From the NCBI GenBank assembly GCA_030668825.1, contig DAOVET010000017.1:1-40632 (forward strand): a stretch of DNA of 40,632 nt, read 5' to 3'. Made by a program: the position numbers and the translations under genes. Shown piece after piece: positions 9,543 through 23,212 of the stretch; position 1 is the first letter of the stretch; each line of letters begins with the position of its first letter. The stretch comes from Candidatus Heimdallarchaeota archaeon. GTDB lineage: Archaea; Asgardarchaeota; Heimdallarchaeia; Heimdallarchaeales; Heimdallarchaeaceae. The notes under the pieces are model-generated. The model was not told the origin of the DNA. It did not search any database and saw nothing but the letters and a program-made list of their open reading frames with translations.

Positions 9543-10730
9543 TTACCTTTTTGGTTTATTAGCCTTAGCAATAAAATATCCCAATGTAGGTTGTTCTCCC
9601 GGAATAAACCTTTGAACAGGATATGTTCTATTTTCAACTATTGAACCCGAGTTGTGTAAAGTATACCGTTGCTCTACAATCTTCAATCTTAATTTCTCAC
9701 TAGCATAATCAATAACTTCTTCATTTTCTTCTTTTGTGATAGTACAAGTTGAATAAACCAACGCGCCACCTGGTTTTAATAAATTATTGCAGGAATGCAG
9801 AATTGCTTTCTGGTACATTGCTGTTGCTTTGATAGTTTTTCTGTCTGTTTCTAGTAGCAATCTAGGTCTTAATCCTAAGGAGGTACAGGGTGGATCAACT
9901 AAGACTTTATCAAATTTCATAGACCAACTTCTACTGAAACTAATTATGTCTCCTACTTTTGTTTGAATGTTTTTTAGTTTATATTTCTCTATTTTCTTGT
10001 TTAGTTTCTGTATTCTGTTCTTTGATCTATCAATTGCAACAATCACTGCTTCACTTTTTGAAAGTTCATTAAGATGAATTGTTTTGTTACCAGGTGCTGC
10101 ACAACAATCAAGAATCTTTTCATTTGCTTTTGGTTCCAGATTCATACTGGTTAAATAAGCAGGTAAACTTTGAAAGTATGCAGGAAAACCATCTAAACCT
10201 ACTTGTTGAAGGTTTGGAACCTTGAACGGAGAAACCAGATTCCTTGCTGCAACTCCTTTCCTTTTAACCAGTATATCATGATGATTTAGTAAAGCCTTAG
10301 CTTTTGCTACAGGAATTTTTACTTGGTTCAGTACCTTAACTATATCATTCATCCTTACTTTATTCGCTCTTTTAACTCCTGGGATAAAAATATCTGATCC
10401 TTGATAGATCATCTCTGCTGCACGATTATCAACAACCATCTCTTTCGTATTTTCTTCAAATTCTAAAGGAAATGGTCCTTTTGGTTTCGTTACTATTACA
10501 TTGGGGAACTTGCTATGTACTTTGGTTTCATATCCAATCCGTTCAAAACTGTCTACTATTCTCTCCATCATATCATGCTTCTGAAAAACATGAAGTGTGT
10601 ATTCTTCCATGGGTGTAGATATTTTTTCAAAATATTTCTTAGCTAAAATACCACCAAAGAGTTCTTCAACATATTCTCTAAACTCTTTCCCGATGACCCT
10701 TCCATTGGAATGTAAATGAGAATATGTCAA
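9543..10730 (-). CDS. RsmB/NOP2/NSUN-family RNA m5C methyltransferase with PUA domain (NSUN6-like)
   Basis: PUA-like AAEMIYQGSDIFIPGV; LDCCAAPGNKT, VLVDPPCTSLGLRP and LVYSTCT (both catalytic Cys); TTG start after GGGGA. Confidence 0.9.
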   Translation of the reverse strand: MTYSHLHSNGRVIGKEFREYVEELFGGILAKKYFEKISTPMEEYTLHVFQKHDMMERIVDSFERIGYETKVHSKFPNVIVTKPKGPFPLEFEENTKEMVVDNRAAEMIYQGSDIFIPGVKRANKVRMNDIVKVLNQVKIPVAKAKALLNHHDILVKRKGVAARNLVSPFKVPNLQQVGLDGFPAYFQSLPAYLTSMNLEPKANEKILDCCAAPGNKTIHLNELSKSEAVIVAIDRSKNRIQKLNKKIEKYKLKNIQTKVGDIISFSRSWSMKFDKVLVDPPCTSLGLRPRLLLETDRKTIKATAMYQKAILHSCNNLLKPGGALVYSTCTITKEENEEVIDYASEKLRLKIVEQRYTLHNSGSIVENRTYPVQRFIPGEQPTLGYFIAKANKPKR

Positions 10731-10739
10731 TTCTTTCCC

Positions 10740-11234
10740 CTAATCTAGTGAATGAAACTCTACTTTACGTGTTGTTGTATCAAGAATTGCCACCGTCGGA
10801 TGATCATATAAATCAAAAGTTTCCCCAGGATTTATTATGATAGTTTTTCCAACTTTCTTCAGAAGTTTCTTATGGGTATGTCCCGTTATAATATAATCAT
10901 AAGGGTCTTTCGAATAAATCAGTGAATTAAGTACAAGCTCTTCTGTACCATGATAGAGAGCAAACTTCTGTCCATCTAAACTGATTTCACCTATTTCTGG
11001 ATAAAAGAATCCAACTTCTTTCATCATTTCTGATATGACCGCCGTATCACCTTTATTGTTCCCTGAACAAAGATAAAATTTACCTTTGTATTCTTCAAAC
11101 ATTTTTACACAAAATGGGGAAACTAAATCTCCAGCATGGATTATTGTTTCTATTTCTTTCTCTGTAAAAAGTTCCAAAGCTTTTCTTATATTTGATCGGT
11201 GATCATGACTATCACTCATGATTCCTATTTTCAT
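10740..11234 (-). CDS. YfcE/MJ0936-family metallophosphoesterase (Vps29-like fold)
   Basis: MSDSHD, HAGD, GNN, YHG, GHTH and NPG motifs. Confidence 0.92.
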   Translation of the reverse strand: MKIGIMSDSHDHRSNIRKALELFTEKEIETIIHAGDLVSPFCVKMFEEYKGKFYLCSGNNKGDTAVISEMMKEVGFFYPEIGEISLDGQKFALYHGTEELVLNSLIYSKDPYDYIITGHTHKKLLKKVGKTIIINPGETFDLYDHPTVAILDTTTRKVEFHSLD

Positions 11235-11273
11235 AATTTACACCTATGTTTTTGATAAAACTGATTATCACTT

Positions 11274-11358
11274 TGGTGCGGGAAGGGAGATTCGAACTCC
11301 CGGACCACTAAGGACTAGAATCTGAATCTAGCGCCTTTGACCACTCGGCAATCCCCGC
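11274..11358 (-). tRNA. tRNA-Leu(CAG)
   Basis: Minus strand reads GCGGGGA...CTAGA-TTCAGAT-TCTAG, long variable arm, GGGAG-TTCGAAT-CTCCC, TTCCCGC-A-CCA; 85 nt. Confidence 0.96.
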
Positions 11359-11451
11359 AAGGAAGGCTGGTTTTTCTATCGTTTTCTTTCTAACAAGATA
11401 TTTAAATCATTGTATCTTATGTTTTTTGTATTCAGAGGAAGTTGTGAATTT

Positions 11452-12732
11452 ATGAGCTTACGACCCTATCTTGAAACACTTAAGCAATCTGATTTTCTAA
11501 TTGAGATTAATGATGAAGTTAAGTTGGAATATGAGATTACGAAGCATCTTCAATCGAACTATAATAAAGCTGTTTTGTTTTCCAATGTTAAAGATTCACA
11601 CTTTCCTCTCTTAGGCAATACTATCTCTTCCCGCGAGCAACTTAAACTCGTTTTAGACGAGCATGAGGACTATTATAACTTCTTTCAACAATCACTTCTT
11701 AACCCTCAAAATCCTTCGGAGGTTGAAACTAGTCTTACTTTCTCTAACACCAAACCCGTTAATCTCTCCCATCTCCCTATCCCCAAATTCTTTCCTATTG
11801 ATGCTGAGAGATATCTCACCTCAGGTATTGTTTTCGCACAATTTCCCAATACTGATGTTCCTAACATGAGCATCCATAGAATTATGGTTCTCAATGATCA
11901 ACAAGGGGTTATTCGTATTGTTCCCCGAAATTTACATAAGATCTTCTTAGAGAACAAGCGTAGGGGTTTGGATACTCCTATTGCTGTCGTTAATGGTTAT
12001 CATCCCATTCTAGCTTTGGCAGCTTCTTCTCCTTCTCCTTCAGGTAAATCTGAACTTGCTATTGCTAACTCTCTCATGAGGGGGAATCTTTCCATTCTCA
12101 AAACTCCCCGTTATGGTATTCCTGTTCCTTCCGATGTTGAATTTATTCTAGAGGGGAGAATCCTAGCCGATGAAGAAGTAGCCGAAGGGCCTTTTGTTGA
12201 TATAACAGGCACCCCCGATGATATTCGTACCCAGCCCATCGTTCAATTTGAAGACTTACTGTATCGAGATGATCCTATTTTCCAGACTATTCTTCCTGCT
12301 TATGAAGAACATTTCATTCTTATGGGGTTTCCACGTGAAGCAGAAATTCACAACCGTGTGAGTGAAGTTGTCCCCAAAGTGCATGGGGTTTACCTAACTC
12401 CCAGTGGGTGTGGGTGGTTAAGCGCGGTAATTTCAGTGACAACTCAAACAGATATAGATGGGCAGAAAGTTGGTCTAACAGCTTTTAAGGCACACCCTTC
12501 ACTTAAATGGTGTACAGTTGTGGATGAAGATATAGATATATGTGATATCAAAGCAGTTGAATGGGCAAGAATTACCAGAGCCGGGACCAATGATATAACC
12601 ATACTTGAAAATATGAGAGGATCATCACTTGATCCTTCACGCAATAGAGCTGGCAATACTTCAATAAAAGTAATAGTAGATGCAACAAAGAAAAGAGGGA
12701 AAACGGGATATGAGAGAGCAATACCATTTTAG
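11452..12732 (+). CDS. UbiD-family prFMN-dependent decarboxylase, resembling anhydromevalonate phosphate decarboxylase
   Basis: SIHRI, EGPFVDITGT, EHFILMGFPRE, GCGWLSAV and AHPSLKW..VVDEDID match the short archaeal UbiD type. ATG 11452 preferred over TTG 11410. The substrate is inference. Confidence 0.88.
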   Translation: MSLRPYLETLKQSDFLIEINDEVKLEYEITKHLQSNYNKAVLFSNVKDSHFPLLGNTISSREQLKLVLDEHEDYYNFFQQSLLNPQNPSEVETSLTFSNTKPVNLSHLPIPKFFPIDAERYLTSGIVFAQFPNTDVPNMSIHRIMVLNDQQGVIRIVPRNLHKIFLENKRRGLDTPIAVVNGYHPILALAASSPSPSGKSELAIANSLMRGNLSILKTPRYGIPVPSDVEFILEGRILADEEVAEGPFVDITGTPDDIRTQPIVQFEDLLYRDDPIFQTILPAYEEHFILMGFPREAEIHNRVSEVVPKVHGVYLTPSGCGWLSAVISVTTQTDIDGQKVGLTAFKAHPSLKWCTVVDEDIDICDIKAVEWARITRAGTNDITILENMRGSSLDPSRNRAGNTSIKVIVDATKKRGKTGYERAIPF

Positions 12733-12772
12733 AAGAAAAGAAAAAAACAAGCGAATTGCATAAGTTGTGGAA

Positions 12773-12808
12773 ATCTTACCACGTAAATTATTTATTGTGT
12801 GGTAAGAT
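12773..12808. repeat. Conserved palindromic element, copy 1 (ATCTTACCAC-N16-GTGGTAAGAT)
   Basis: Perfect 10 bp inverted arms with a 16 nt AT-rich spacer; identical arms at 36277-36312 and 38389-38424. Confidence 0.93.
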
Positions 12809-12892
12809 TCTCGAGAATTATGTTTTTACGTACTAGTGTGATTGAAAAAAATATTTAAAGAAAACATAGTGATGTTCTTCAGAGGATTAATT

Positions 12893-14221
12893 ATGAATTT
12901 AATGAATAACTTAGCTAATTCCGATCCAGAAGTTGCTGATATGCTTCTAAGAGAATTAAAGCGACAGGAAGAAGGCATAGAGCTTATTCCTTCTGAAAAT
13001 TACACTTATCGATCTGTTCTTCAGGCTATGGGGAGTGTTTTCACCAACAAATACTCCGAAGGTTACCCTAAGAAAAGGTACTATGGTGGAAATGAAATTG
13101 TAGATGAAGTTGAAATTCTAGCTATAGAACGCGCCATGGAGCTCTTTGGATGCGAACATGTTAATGTTCAACCGTATTCTGGCTCTCCAGCTAATCAAGC
13201 TGTTTTCTTTGCTTTACTAAATCTAAAAGATAAATTCCTAGGTTTCAGTCTTACATCAGGGGGTCATCTTACTCATGGAAGTCATGTAAACTTCTCTGGT
13301 AAGAATTATGCTTGTGTTAGCTATGATGTTGATAAAGAGACAGAAGTGCTAGATATGGCAGTTATCCATGAACTAGCTAGAAAAGAAAAACCCAAAATGA
13401 TTATATCTGGTTTAACCGCATATCCTAGAAAAATAGACTTTAAGGCTTTCCAAGAAATCGCAGAAGAAGTTGACGCATACCAACTTGCAGATATTTCTCA
13501 TATTGCAGGTTTAGTTGTAGGTGGAGTACATGAAAGCCCTGTTCCTTATGCTGATGTTGTAACAACTACAACTCACAAAAGTCTTAGAGGACCACGTGGT
13601 GCAATTATAATGTGTAAAACTGAAGATAGATTACATGATATTCACCACCCAAATAAAAAAACAAAAGCAGGAGAACCATTTAGTTTGGCTCGATTAATAG
13701 ACTCTGCAGTATTTCCTGGATTACAGGGGGGGCCCCATGATCATTCTACCGCAGCAAGAGCTGTTGCATTTGCTGAGGCTCTTAAACCTGAGTTTAAAGA
13801 TTATGCAAAGCAAATTGTCAATAATGCCAAAACATTGGCTGATGAATTAATGTCCCTTGGCATAAAACTTGTTACAAATGGAACCGACAATCATCTGATT
13901 CTCATTGATTTGCGACCTGAAGATTTAACCGGAAAAGGTGGTCCTATTCAAAATGCTCTGGATGAAGCAGGCATAACAGTGAATAAGAATACAGTTCCAT
14001 ATGAACCTTCAAGTCCCTTTCATCCTTCTGGACTTAGATTAGGTACACCAGCTATAGCTTCTAGAGGAATGAAAGAACCCGAAATGAAAGTAATTGCAGA
14101 AGGCATTGCTAAAGTTATAAAAGCCAAGGGTGATGCAGAAGTAAGTAAGCAAGTTCGAAAAGATATTCTCGAACTTACAAAGCAATTCCCACTATATCCT
14201 GGTATGTCGATATTGAAGTAA
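12893..14221 (+). CDS. glyA: Serine hydroxymethyltransferase (THF-type)
   Basis: LIPSENY, NKYSEGYPKKRYYGG, NVQPYSGSPAN, GGHLTHG, TTTTHKSLRGPRG and FPGLQGGP. ATG 12893 follows AGAGGA. Confidence 0.98.
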   Translation: MNLMNNLANSDPEVADMLLRELKRQEEGIELIPSENYTYRSVLQAMGSVFTNKYSEGYPKKRYYGGNEIVDEVEILAIERAMELFGCEHVNVQPYSGSPANQAVFFALLNLKDKFLGFSLTSGGHLTHGSHVNFSGKNYACVSYDVDKETEVLDMAVIHELARKEKPKMIISGLTAYPRKIDFKAFQEIAEEVDAYQLADISHIAGLVVGGVHESPVPYADVVTTTTHKSLRGPRGAIIMCKTEDRLHDIHHPNKKTKAGEPFSLARLIDSAVFPGLQGGPHDHSTAARAVAFAEALKPEFKDYAKQIVNNAKTLADELMSLGIKLVTNGTDNHLILIDLRPEDLTGKGGPIQNALDEAGITVNKNTVPYEPSSPFHPSGLRLGTPAIASRGMKEPEMKVIAEGIAKVIKAKGDAEVSKQVRKDILELTKQFPLYPGMSILK

Positions 14222-14248
14222 TTTCAAAAAAGGAATATCTTCCCTTTA

Positions 14249-14620
14249 CTATTTTTTATCTTTTTCTTCAAAAAGAATCTTTTCTGTTTGCTGCATTATT
14301 TTCAAAATAAGTTCATTTGATGCTTCTTTCAGACTTAGAGATAACAAAATCAATTTCTGAGTCCGAGAAGCAAACCTTTCTCCCAACATTCTTACAAAAT
14401 GTGTATCTGATGAACCAGTAACATAAAGAGTTGATGCTTGCATAATGTCAGTACCTGGTACTGATATTGCTAAGGTTCCAAGCCTTGGAGTTTCCTCGTA
14501 TATAAATATTGAAACTGCATTTTCCAAAAAAACTGCAGTTATTTGATATTGTTGCCCATCTATTTCAATCATGGTACAGAGTGTAGGCTTTGTCATTGTT
14601 ATAGGGTTGATTATCATCAT
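14249..14620 (-). CDS. PAC4/PSMG4-like proteasome assembly chaperone (putative)
   Basis: The pattern LGTLAISVP...ASTL...RMLGERFASRTQKLILLSLSL resembles PAC4 (LAVAM..ST...LAQRLARKT.KQVFVS); size fits. Based on recalled family pattern only. Confidence 0.6.
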   Translation of the reverse strand: MMIINPITMTKPTLCTMIEIDGQQYQITAVFLENAVSIFIYEETPRLGTLAISVPGTDIMQASTLYVTGSSDTHFVRMLGERFASRTQKLILLSLSLKEASNELILKIMQQTEKILFEEKDKK

Positions 14621-14638
14621 CTAAATAGTTTTCTTGAA

Positions 14639-15574
14639 CTAGATACAAGGGTTTTTGTCTCCTTTTGCTTCATAGTCTGCATAATACTCTCGAATACATT
14701 TCTGAAGATTAAGGTCATCTTTTGCTTGTTTGAGCTCAAAAGCTAAAAGCAGGTTGCTTGCTAGCATACAAACGGTAGCTGGTCCACTTCCACCCGGAAC
14801 AGGGGAAATATAAGCGACATCATCTTTTAAGTCGTCAAAGTCTACATCTCCCATCAGTTTGCCATCCTCGAAGTTAACGCCTACATCTATAAGCACAACA
14901 TCTTCTTTCACCATACCTTTTCGAATAAGATGGGGGCGACCTACAGCTGCAACAAGAATATCTGCCTCACGAGTATATTTCTCAAGTGGTTTTGATCTTG
15001 AATGACATATTGTTACAGTTGCATGTTCTCGTAAAAGAAGGTGAGCTACCGGTTTTCCAACTATCATACTTCTTCCAACAACTACAGCATGTTTTCCGTG
15101 TAATGGTATTTTATAGTGTTTCAATAACGCAAGAACACCTAAAGCTGTTGCAGGAATTAAATTAGGGCTAGATTTTGTCCAAGCATGAACATTGCCAGGA
15201 GATAAACCTTCAATGTCTTTATTTAGAGAGATACTTTCTATGACTTTATCTTCATCCATATGTTTAGGTAAAGGCAATTGAACAAGTATTCCATTGATAC
15301 TATCATCATTATTTTGTTTATCAATTATTTCTAAAAGTTCCTCCTCTGTTGTTTCTTCAGGAAGCTGAAGAACATCAGATTTAACACAAAGATTTGCAAA
15401 AAACTTCTCTCTTATTCTACGATAAGACTCTGAAGCAGGATCTTTACCCACAAGTATGGTAGATAATTTTGGTGTTTTATTGTATTTTCCTTTGATAACT
15501 TCACAACGAGGTTTGAGTACTTTATCTGTATACTCTTGTGAAAACTTTCTTCCATCAATTATCATGAATATCAC
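14639..15574 (-). CDS. folD: Bifunctional methylene-THF dehydrogenase/cyclohydrolase
   Basis: GILVQLPLP, KDIEG, VVGRSMIVGKP, ATVTICHS, IDVG and SPVPGG.GP. Confidence 0.96.
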   Translation of the reverse strand: MIFMIIDGRKFSQEYTDKVLKPRCEVIKGKYNKTPKLSTILVGKDPASESYRRIREKFFANLCVKSDVLQLPEETTEEELLEIIDKQNNDDSINGILVQLPLPKHMDEDKVIESISLNKDIEGLSPGNVHAWTKSSPNLIPATALGVLALLKHYKIPLHGKHAVVVGRSMIVGKPVAHLLLREHATVTICHSRSKPLEKYTREADILVAAVGRPHLIRKGMVKEDVVLIDVGVNFEDGKLMGDVDFDDLKDDVAYISPVPGGSGPATVCMLASNLLLAFELKQAKDDLNLQKCIREYYADYEAKGDKNPCI

Positions 15575-15791
15575 TATACTATATTTTCATGTTCTTGATT
15601 AATAGTTTTTTAAGCTCCTAATAAATTATGAGGATTTACAGATTTCCTTTTCAAATGACCAAACGCACCTAGAACAGAATCTTAGCTTTGTAACTGGTTT
15701 GGAATCAATAAGTTTTTATCAAATACTAAAAGCCTTGTTGTAAAGTCACGTGACTAGTGTAGAGATTCTACGTTTTTGGGAGAAAAAAATA

Positions 15792-19753
<3,962 letters not shown>

Positions 19754-19898
19754 TCAAACTTTATTGTATCTCTACTTTTTTCTTTTATTCAAGTTAAAAC
19801 AAGTTAAAAGTAAGTGAACAGAAAGTTTTTATTAAAATCTTATGAGGGAACTTTAACTAATGGTTAATGTTTGAACTATTAAGCAAAAATGTGATATT

Positions 19899-20342
19899 AT
19901 GACAGGATCCAAAAGTCCGAAAGGCGAATTCGCTGCAAGAAAACTGAAAAACAAAAGAAAAAAATTCAGATGGAAGGATATGCAGTACAAGCGAAGAATG
20001 TTAAGATTAGATAAAAAAACAGATCCACTTGAAGGTAGTCCAGCGGCAAGAGGCATTGTTGTTGAGAAATATGGTGTAGAAAGTAAACAACCAAACTCAG
20101 CTTTAAGAAAATGTGTAAGAGTTAGACTTGCTAAGAATGGAAAGCAAGTGGGTGCTTTTGTTCCTCATGACGGTGGGCTCTTATATGTAGATGAACATGA
20201 TGAAGTAATTGTTTGTAGTATTGGAGGAGCTCAGAAAGGAGCAATGGGAGACATTCCTGGTGTTAAATGGCAGGTTACTCATATTAATGGAGTTGCTATC
20301 AAGCAAATTGTTATTGGTAAGAAGCCCAAACCTCAAAGATAG
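19899..20342 (+). CDS. rps12: 30S ribosomal protein S12 (uS12)
   Basis: [13 protein letters not shown] and GDIPGV; archaeal-type N-terminus. Confidence 0.98.
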   Translation: MTGSKSPKGEFAARKLKNKRKKFRWKDMQYKRRMLRLDKKTDPLEGSPAARGIVVEKYGVESKQPNSALRKCVRVRLAKNGKQVGAFVPHDGGLLYVDEHDEVIVCSIGGAQKGAMGDIPGVKWQVTHINGVAIKQIVIGKKPKPQR

Positions 20343-20349
20343 TTCTTTT

Positions 20350-20378
20350 GATGGATAAATCCATCTCTTCTACTTTTA
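20350..20378 (+). terminator. Short hairpin plus pyrimidine tract after rps12
   Basis: GATGGA-TAAA-TCCATC followed by TCTTCTACTTTT. Confidence 0.45.
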
Positions 20379-20516
20379 AATTAACTCATAACTGATTCTA
20401 TTAGTTTACATTTCTGTATAAGATAGTTTGAAAATGATGACCAAAATCCTTTAAATATATTATATCAATTGAGCTTGTAAGTAAAAAAGAAAAGAATTTT
20501 CAAAGGGGATCAAAAA

Positions 20517-20930
20517 ATGTCTGAATATGATATTACACCAGTTAGAGCTAGCCAAATTAAGGAAGGAAATCATATTATTCAAAACGATGAAGTTTTTCTC
20601 GTTCGTTCAATTGAAAAATCAAAAAGTGGCAAACATGGTCACACAAAATGTAGAATGAAAATAGAAAATATATTTACAGGAAGTAAAACAGAAATTTCTA
20701 TTCCAGGTGACTTAAAGCTACAATCTCCAATCATTGATAAAAGAAATGCTCAAGTCATATCCGTTGGTGGCGACAGTGCACAAATGATGGATCTTGAAAC
20801 TTATGAAACATTTGAAACTGCGCTACCAAGTGAAGAAGAGATGAAGGCTCAAATTAAGGAAGGAGCTGAAGTTGAATACTGGAAAGCAATTGGAAAAAGC
20901 AAAATCATGCGAATAAAGAGTTCTGGATAG
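20517..20930 (+). CDS. eif5a: Translation factor eIF5A/aIF5A
   Basis: SKSGKHGHTK hypusine loop; MDLETYETFE. Confidence 0.97.
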   Translation: MSEYDITPVRASQIKEGNHIIQNDEVFLVRSIEKSKSGKHGHTKCRMKIENIFTGSKTEISIPGDLKLQSPIIDKRNAQVISVGGDSAQMMDLETYETFETALPSEEEMKAQIKEGAEVEYWKAIGKSKIMRIKSSG

Positions 20931-21036
20931 AATATTATTATTTTTCCTAATCAATCCTTTTTTGAAAAACTTCAATTTCAGAATTCTCTTTCTAAACTAA
21001 AATTTATTAATTGTTACAAAGGATGATATAACATTC

Positions 21037-21113
21037 GGGCCGATAGATCAGCCTGGTAGATCGCTTCGTTCGCAATGAAGTAGCCCCGGGTTCAAATCCC
21101 GGTCGGTCCACCA
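21037..21113 (+). tRNA. tRNA-Ala(CGC)
   Basis: Acceptor GGGCCGA/TCGGTCC with G3:U70; anticodon arm CTTCG-TTCGCAA-TGAAG; T arm CCGGG-TTCAAAT-CCCGG; encoded CCA. Confidence 0.97.
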
Positions 21114-21117
21114 GCAA

Positions 21118-21139
21118 GTTTAGATTCTATAATCTAAAC
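21118..21139 (+). terminator. Perfect 9 bp hairpin just 3' of tRNA-Ala
   Basis: GTTTAGATT-CTAT-AATCTAAAC followed by a T-rich tract. Confidence 0.5.
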
Positions 21140-21275
21140 AGGTATTTTATGGTTTGAGTTAACCGAATATTGTTCCTAAAGGCGCCTAATCGAATTTTGT
21201 CGCTATTCTATTAATAAGCAAAAAGATTAAAAGGTTGTAATATTAATTAAGCAATAAGTATATTGAGGAATTCCT

Positions 21276-22652
21276 ATGACAAAGGTGCTGAATTTTACAC
21301 GTACAATTCGAGATCCTATATACGATGAAGTACGTATGACAGAAATCGAGAATAAAATTATAGACACTCCCATCTTTCAAAGATTAAGATGGATCAGCCA
21401 ATTATCAGGTGTTAGACAAGTTTATCCTTCAGCTATACATTCCAGATTTACCCATAGTGTTGGTGTCATGCACTTAGCAGGTAAATATGCTGAAGAAGTT
21501 TTTAGAGAAGATGACGATGTAGTGGAAAAAACTCAACTAGCACGTTTAGCAGGACTCTTACATGACATAGGTCATGGTCCGTTTAGCCACACATATGATG
21601 ATGTTGTCTTTAAAAGAGTATATCCAAACGCACCTCATGGACATGATGTCCATCGAGACAAAATGGTTAACTCTGAGTTTCTAAAGCCCCTTATTGAAGA
21701 ATTTATCGCCCCGGAAGAACTCATGAAAGTCTGGGATGGAGAAAGTTATATTATGCACCCCCTGATTCAAGGAGCACTTGGTGCAGATAGATTGGATTTT
21801 ATGCTCAGAGATTCTTTCTTTGCAGGTACATTGCATTTTGGTATAATAGCTGTTAATCGAATTATTAACAATACAACGATTCAAAAACACCTCAGTAAAG
21901 ATGCAATTCACTATAATTGGAAATGTTTAGATGACATCTATTCATCCCTCATTGGAAGATTTTTCGAATACAAAAATGTGTATTTCCACAAAACTGCTAG
22001 AGCAGCAGATATAACGATTCATGAAATGTTAAGAGAAGCTTGTGAACCATTGAATCTCATAGAACGAACAAATGATTTGGCGGCATATACCTACTTAAAC
22101 GAATATACTCTTGTTGGTGAAATATTCTCAAAAGATTCAGAGAAGCTTGCAAAAGCAAAATCACTTGTTAAAGATTTGTTTGATCGTAGGCTCTATAAAG
22201 CTGTTTGGGAAAAGATTATTGATGAATCAACAGCTGAGAATTTAGGTGTTAGTGTTGAAGATTTATGCAATATAACTTCTCAAGAATCATTCATCAAGAA
22301 AATCAAAAGCCACACAGAAGAAAAGAACATTTCTTTGGAATTTGATATGAAAATTGATTCTACTTACAAACTATCAACAATTAATGAACAAGAATTTCAA
22401 GCATCAAATATCTATATTTATGATCCTTATGAGAAAATTCGTCCTGGCTCAAAATCATTCACACTTAATGAGGCTTTGAACACAACCTCCTATATTACAA
22501 CTTTCGCTGGTCCAAGAGCCTATAGGTCTCTTTTTACACTTGTAAGAGTTTATGCTCACCCAAATGATGCTGAAACAATTAAGAAAATCTGGAAGAAAAT
22601 AAGACCTAAAACATTAGCTAAAGACAAAGATGTTTCATTGACTTCATATTAA
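21276..22652 (+). CDS. HD-domain phosphohydrolase, SAMHD1/dNTP triphosphohydrolase-like
   Basis: IRDPIY, FQRLRWISQL, HSRFTHSVG, LLHDIGHGPFSH, DRLDFMLRD and VYFHK. Confidence 0.92.
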   Translation: MTKVLNFTRTIRDPIYDEVRMTEIENKIIDTPIFQRLRWISQLSGVRQVYPSAIHSRFTHSVGVMHLAGKYAEEVFREDDDVVEKTQLARLAGLLHDIGHGPFSHTYDDVVFKRVYPNAPHGHDVHRDKMVNSEFLKPLIEEFIAPEELMKVWDGESYIMHPLIQGALGADRLDFMLRDSFFAGTLHFGIIAVNRIINNTTIQKHLSKDAIHYNWKCLDDIYSSLIGRFFEYKNVYFHKTARAADITIHEMLREACEPLNLIERTNDLAAYTYLNEYTLVGEIFSKDSEKLAKAKSLVKDLFDRRLYKAVWEKIIDESTAENLGVSVEDLCNITSQESFIKKIKSHTEEKNISLEFDMKIDSTYKLSTINEQEFQASNIYIYDPYEKIRPGSKSFTLNEALNTTSYITTFAGPRAYRSLFTLVRVYAHPNDAETIKKIWKKIRPKTLAKDKDVSLTSY

Positions 22653-22658
22653 CTAATT

Positions 22659-23051
22659 TCAATAACCAATTCCAATATTTTTTGTTGAGAACAGCTTTTG
22701 TGCATCTTTCACAATTTGCATTCCAGAATCATATTCCGCTAAAGCATTTTCTAGATGTTTTGTTACTTCATTTAGATCATTATTAGGTATTTTGTCCGAA
22801 TCTTCGGCTAATGCATACATTCCATCATTTGTAAATCTAACAGTTTTATTTTTACATAAATCTTGTATATGAGATGAAACTGTTTCAGAAATAACTGAAT
22901 ATCCGTTAAAGTACCAGTCTACTATTTTCAATGTCTCATCTTCATTAGATATCAGAAATAAGCCACTATGGATTGATTCTTCATGTTTCGGAAAAAACCT
23001 TTCTACAAAACTTGCTATATAAGAAGAAATCTTTTTGTTGGGGTCCCCCAT
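22659..23051 (-). CDS. Hypothetical protein
   Basis: 130 aa ORF filling the intergenic space, with AGGTT upstream; no recognisable motif. Confidence 0.65.
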   Translation of the reverse strand: MGDPNKKISSYIASFVERFFPKHEESIHSGLFLISNEDETLKIVDWYFNGYSVISETVSSHIQDLCKNKTVRFTNDGMYALAEDSDKIPNNDLNEVTKHLENALAEYDSGMQIVKDAQKLFSTKNIGIGY

Positions 23052-23212
23052 AATTATAACCTTTATCGTACAACTGAAAAGCTTCTGTAATACTGAAGCT
23101 TTTTATCGAATTCTTCAAACAAATTATGAAAAAAAATTATGTTTGTTTTCTAACATCATATCAGACCGTTTTGTCTTATGATTCTATGAAGTTAAAATCA
23201 TGAAATCTTGTA

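Noticed and set aside
20517-20930. eIF5A GKHGH (eukaryote-like) motif as a novelty
   Set aside because: A single-residue similarity that also occurs in some other archaea; used only as weak taxonomic support.
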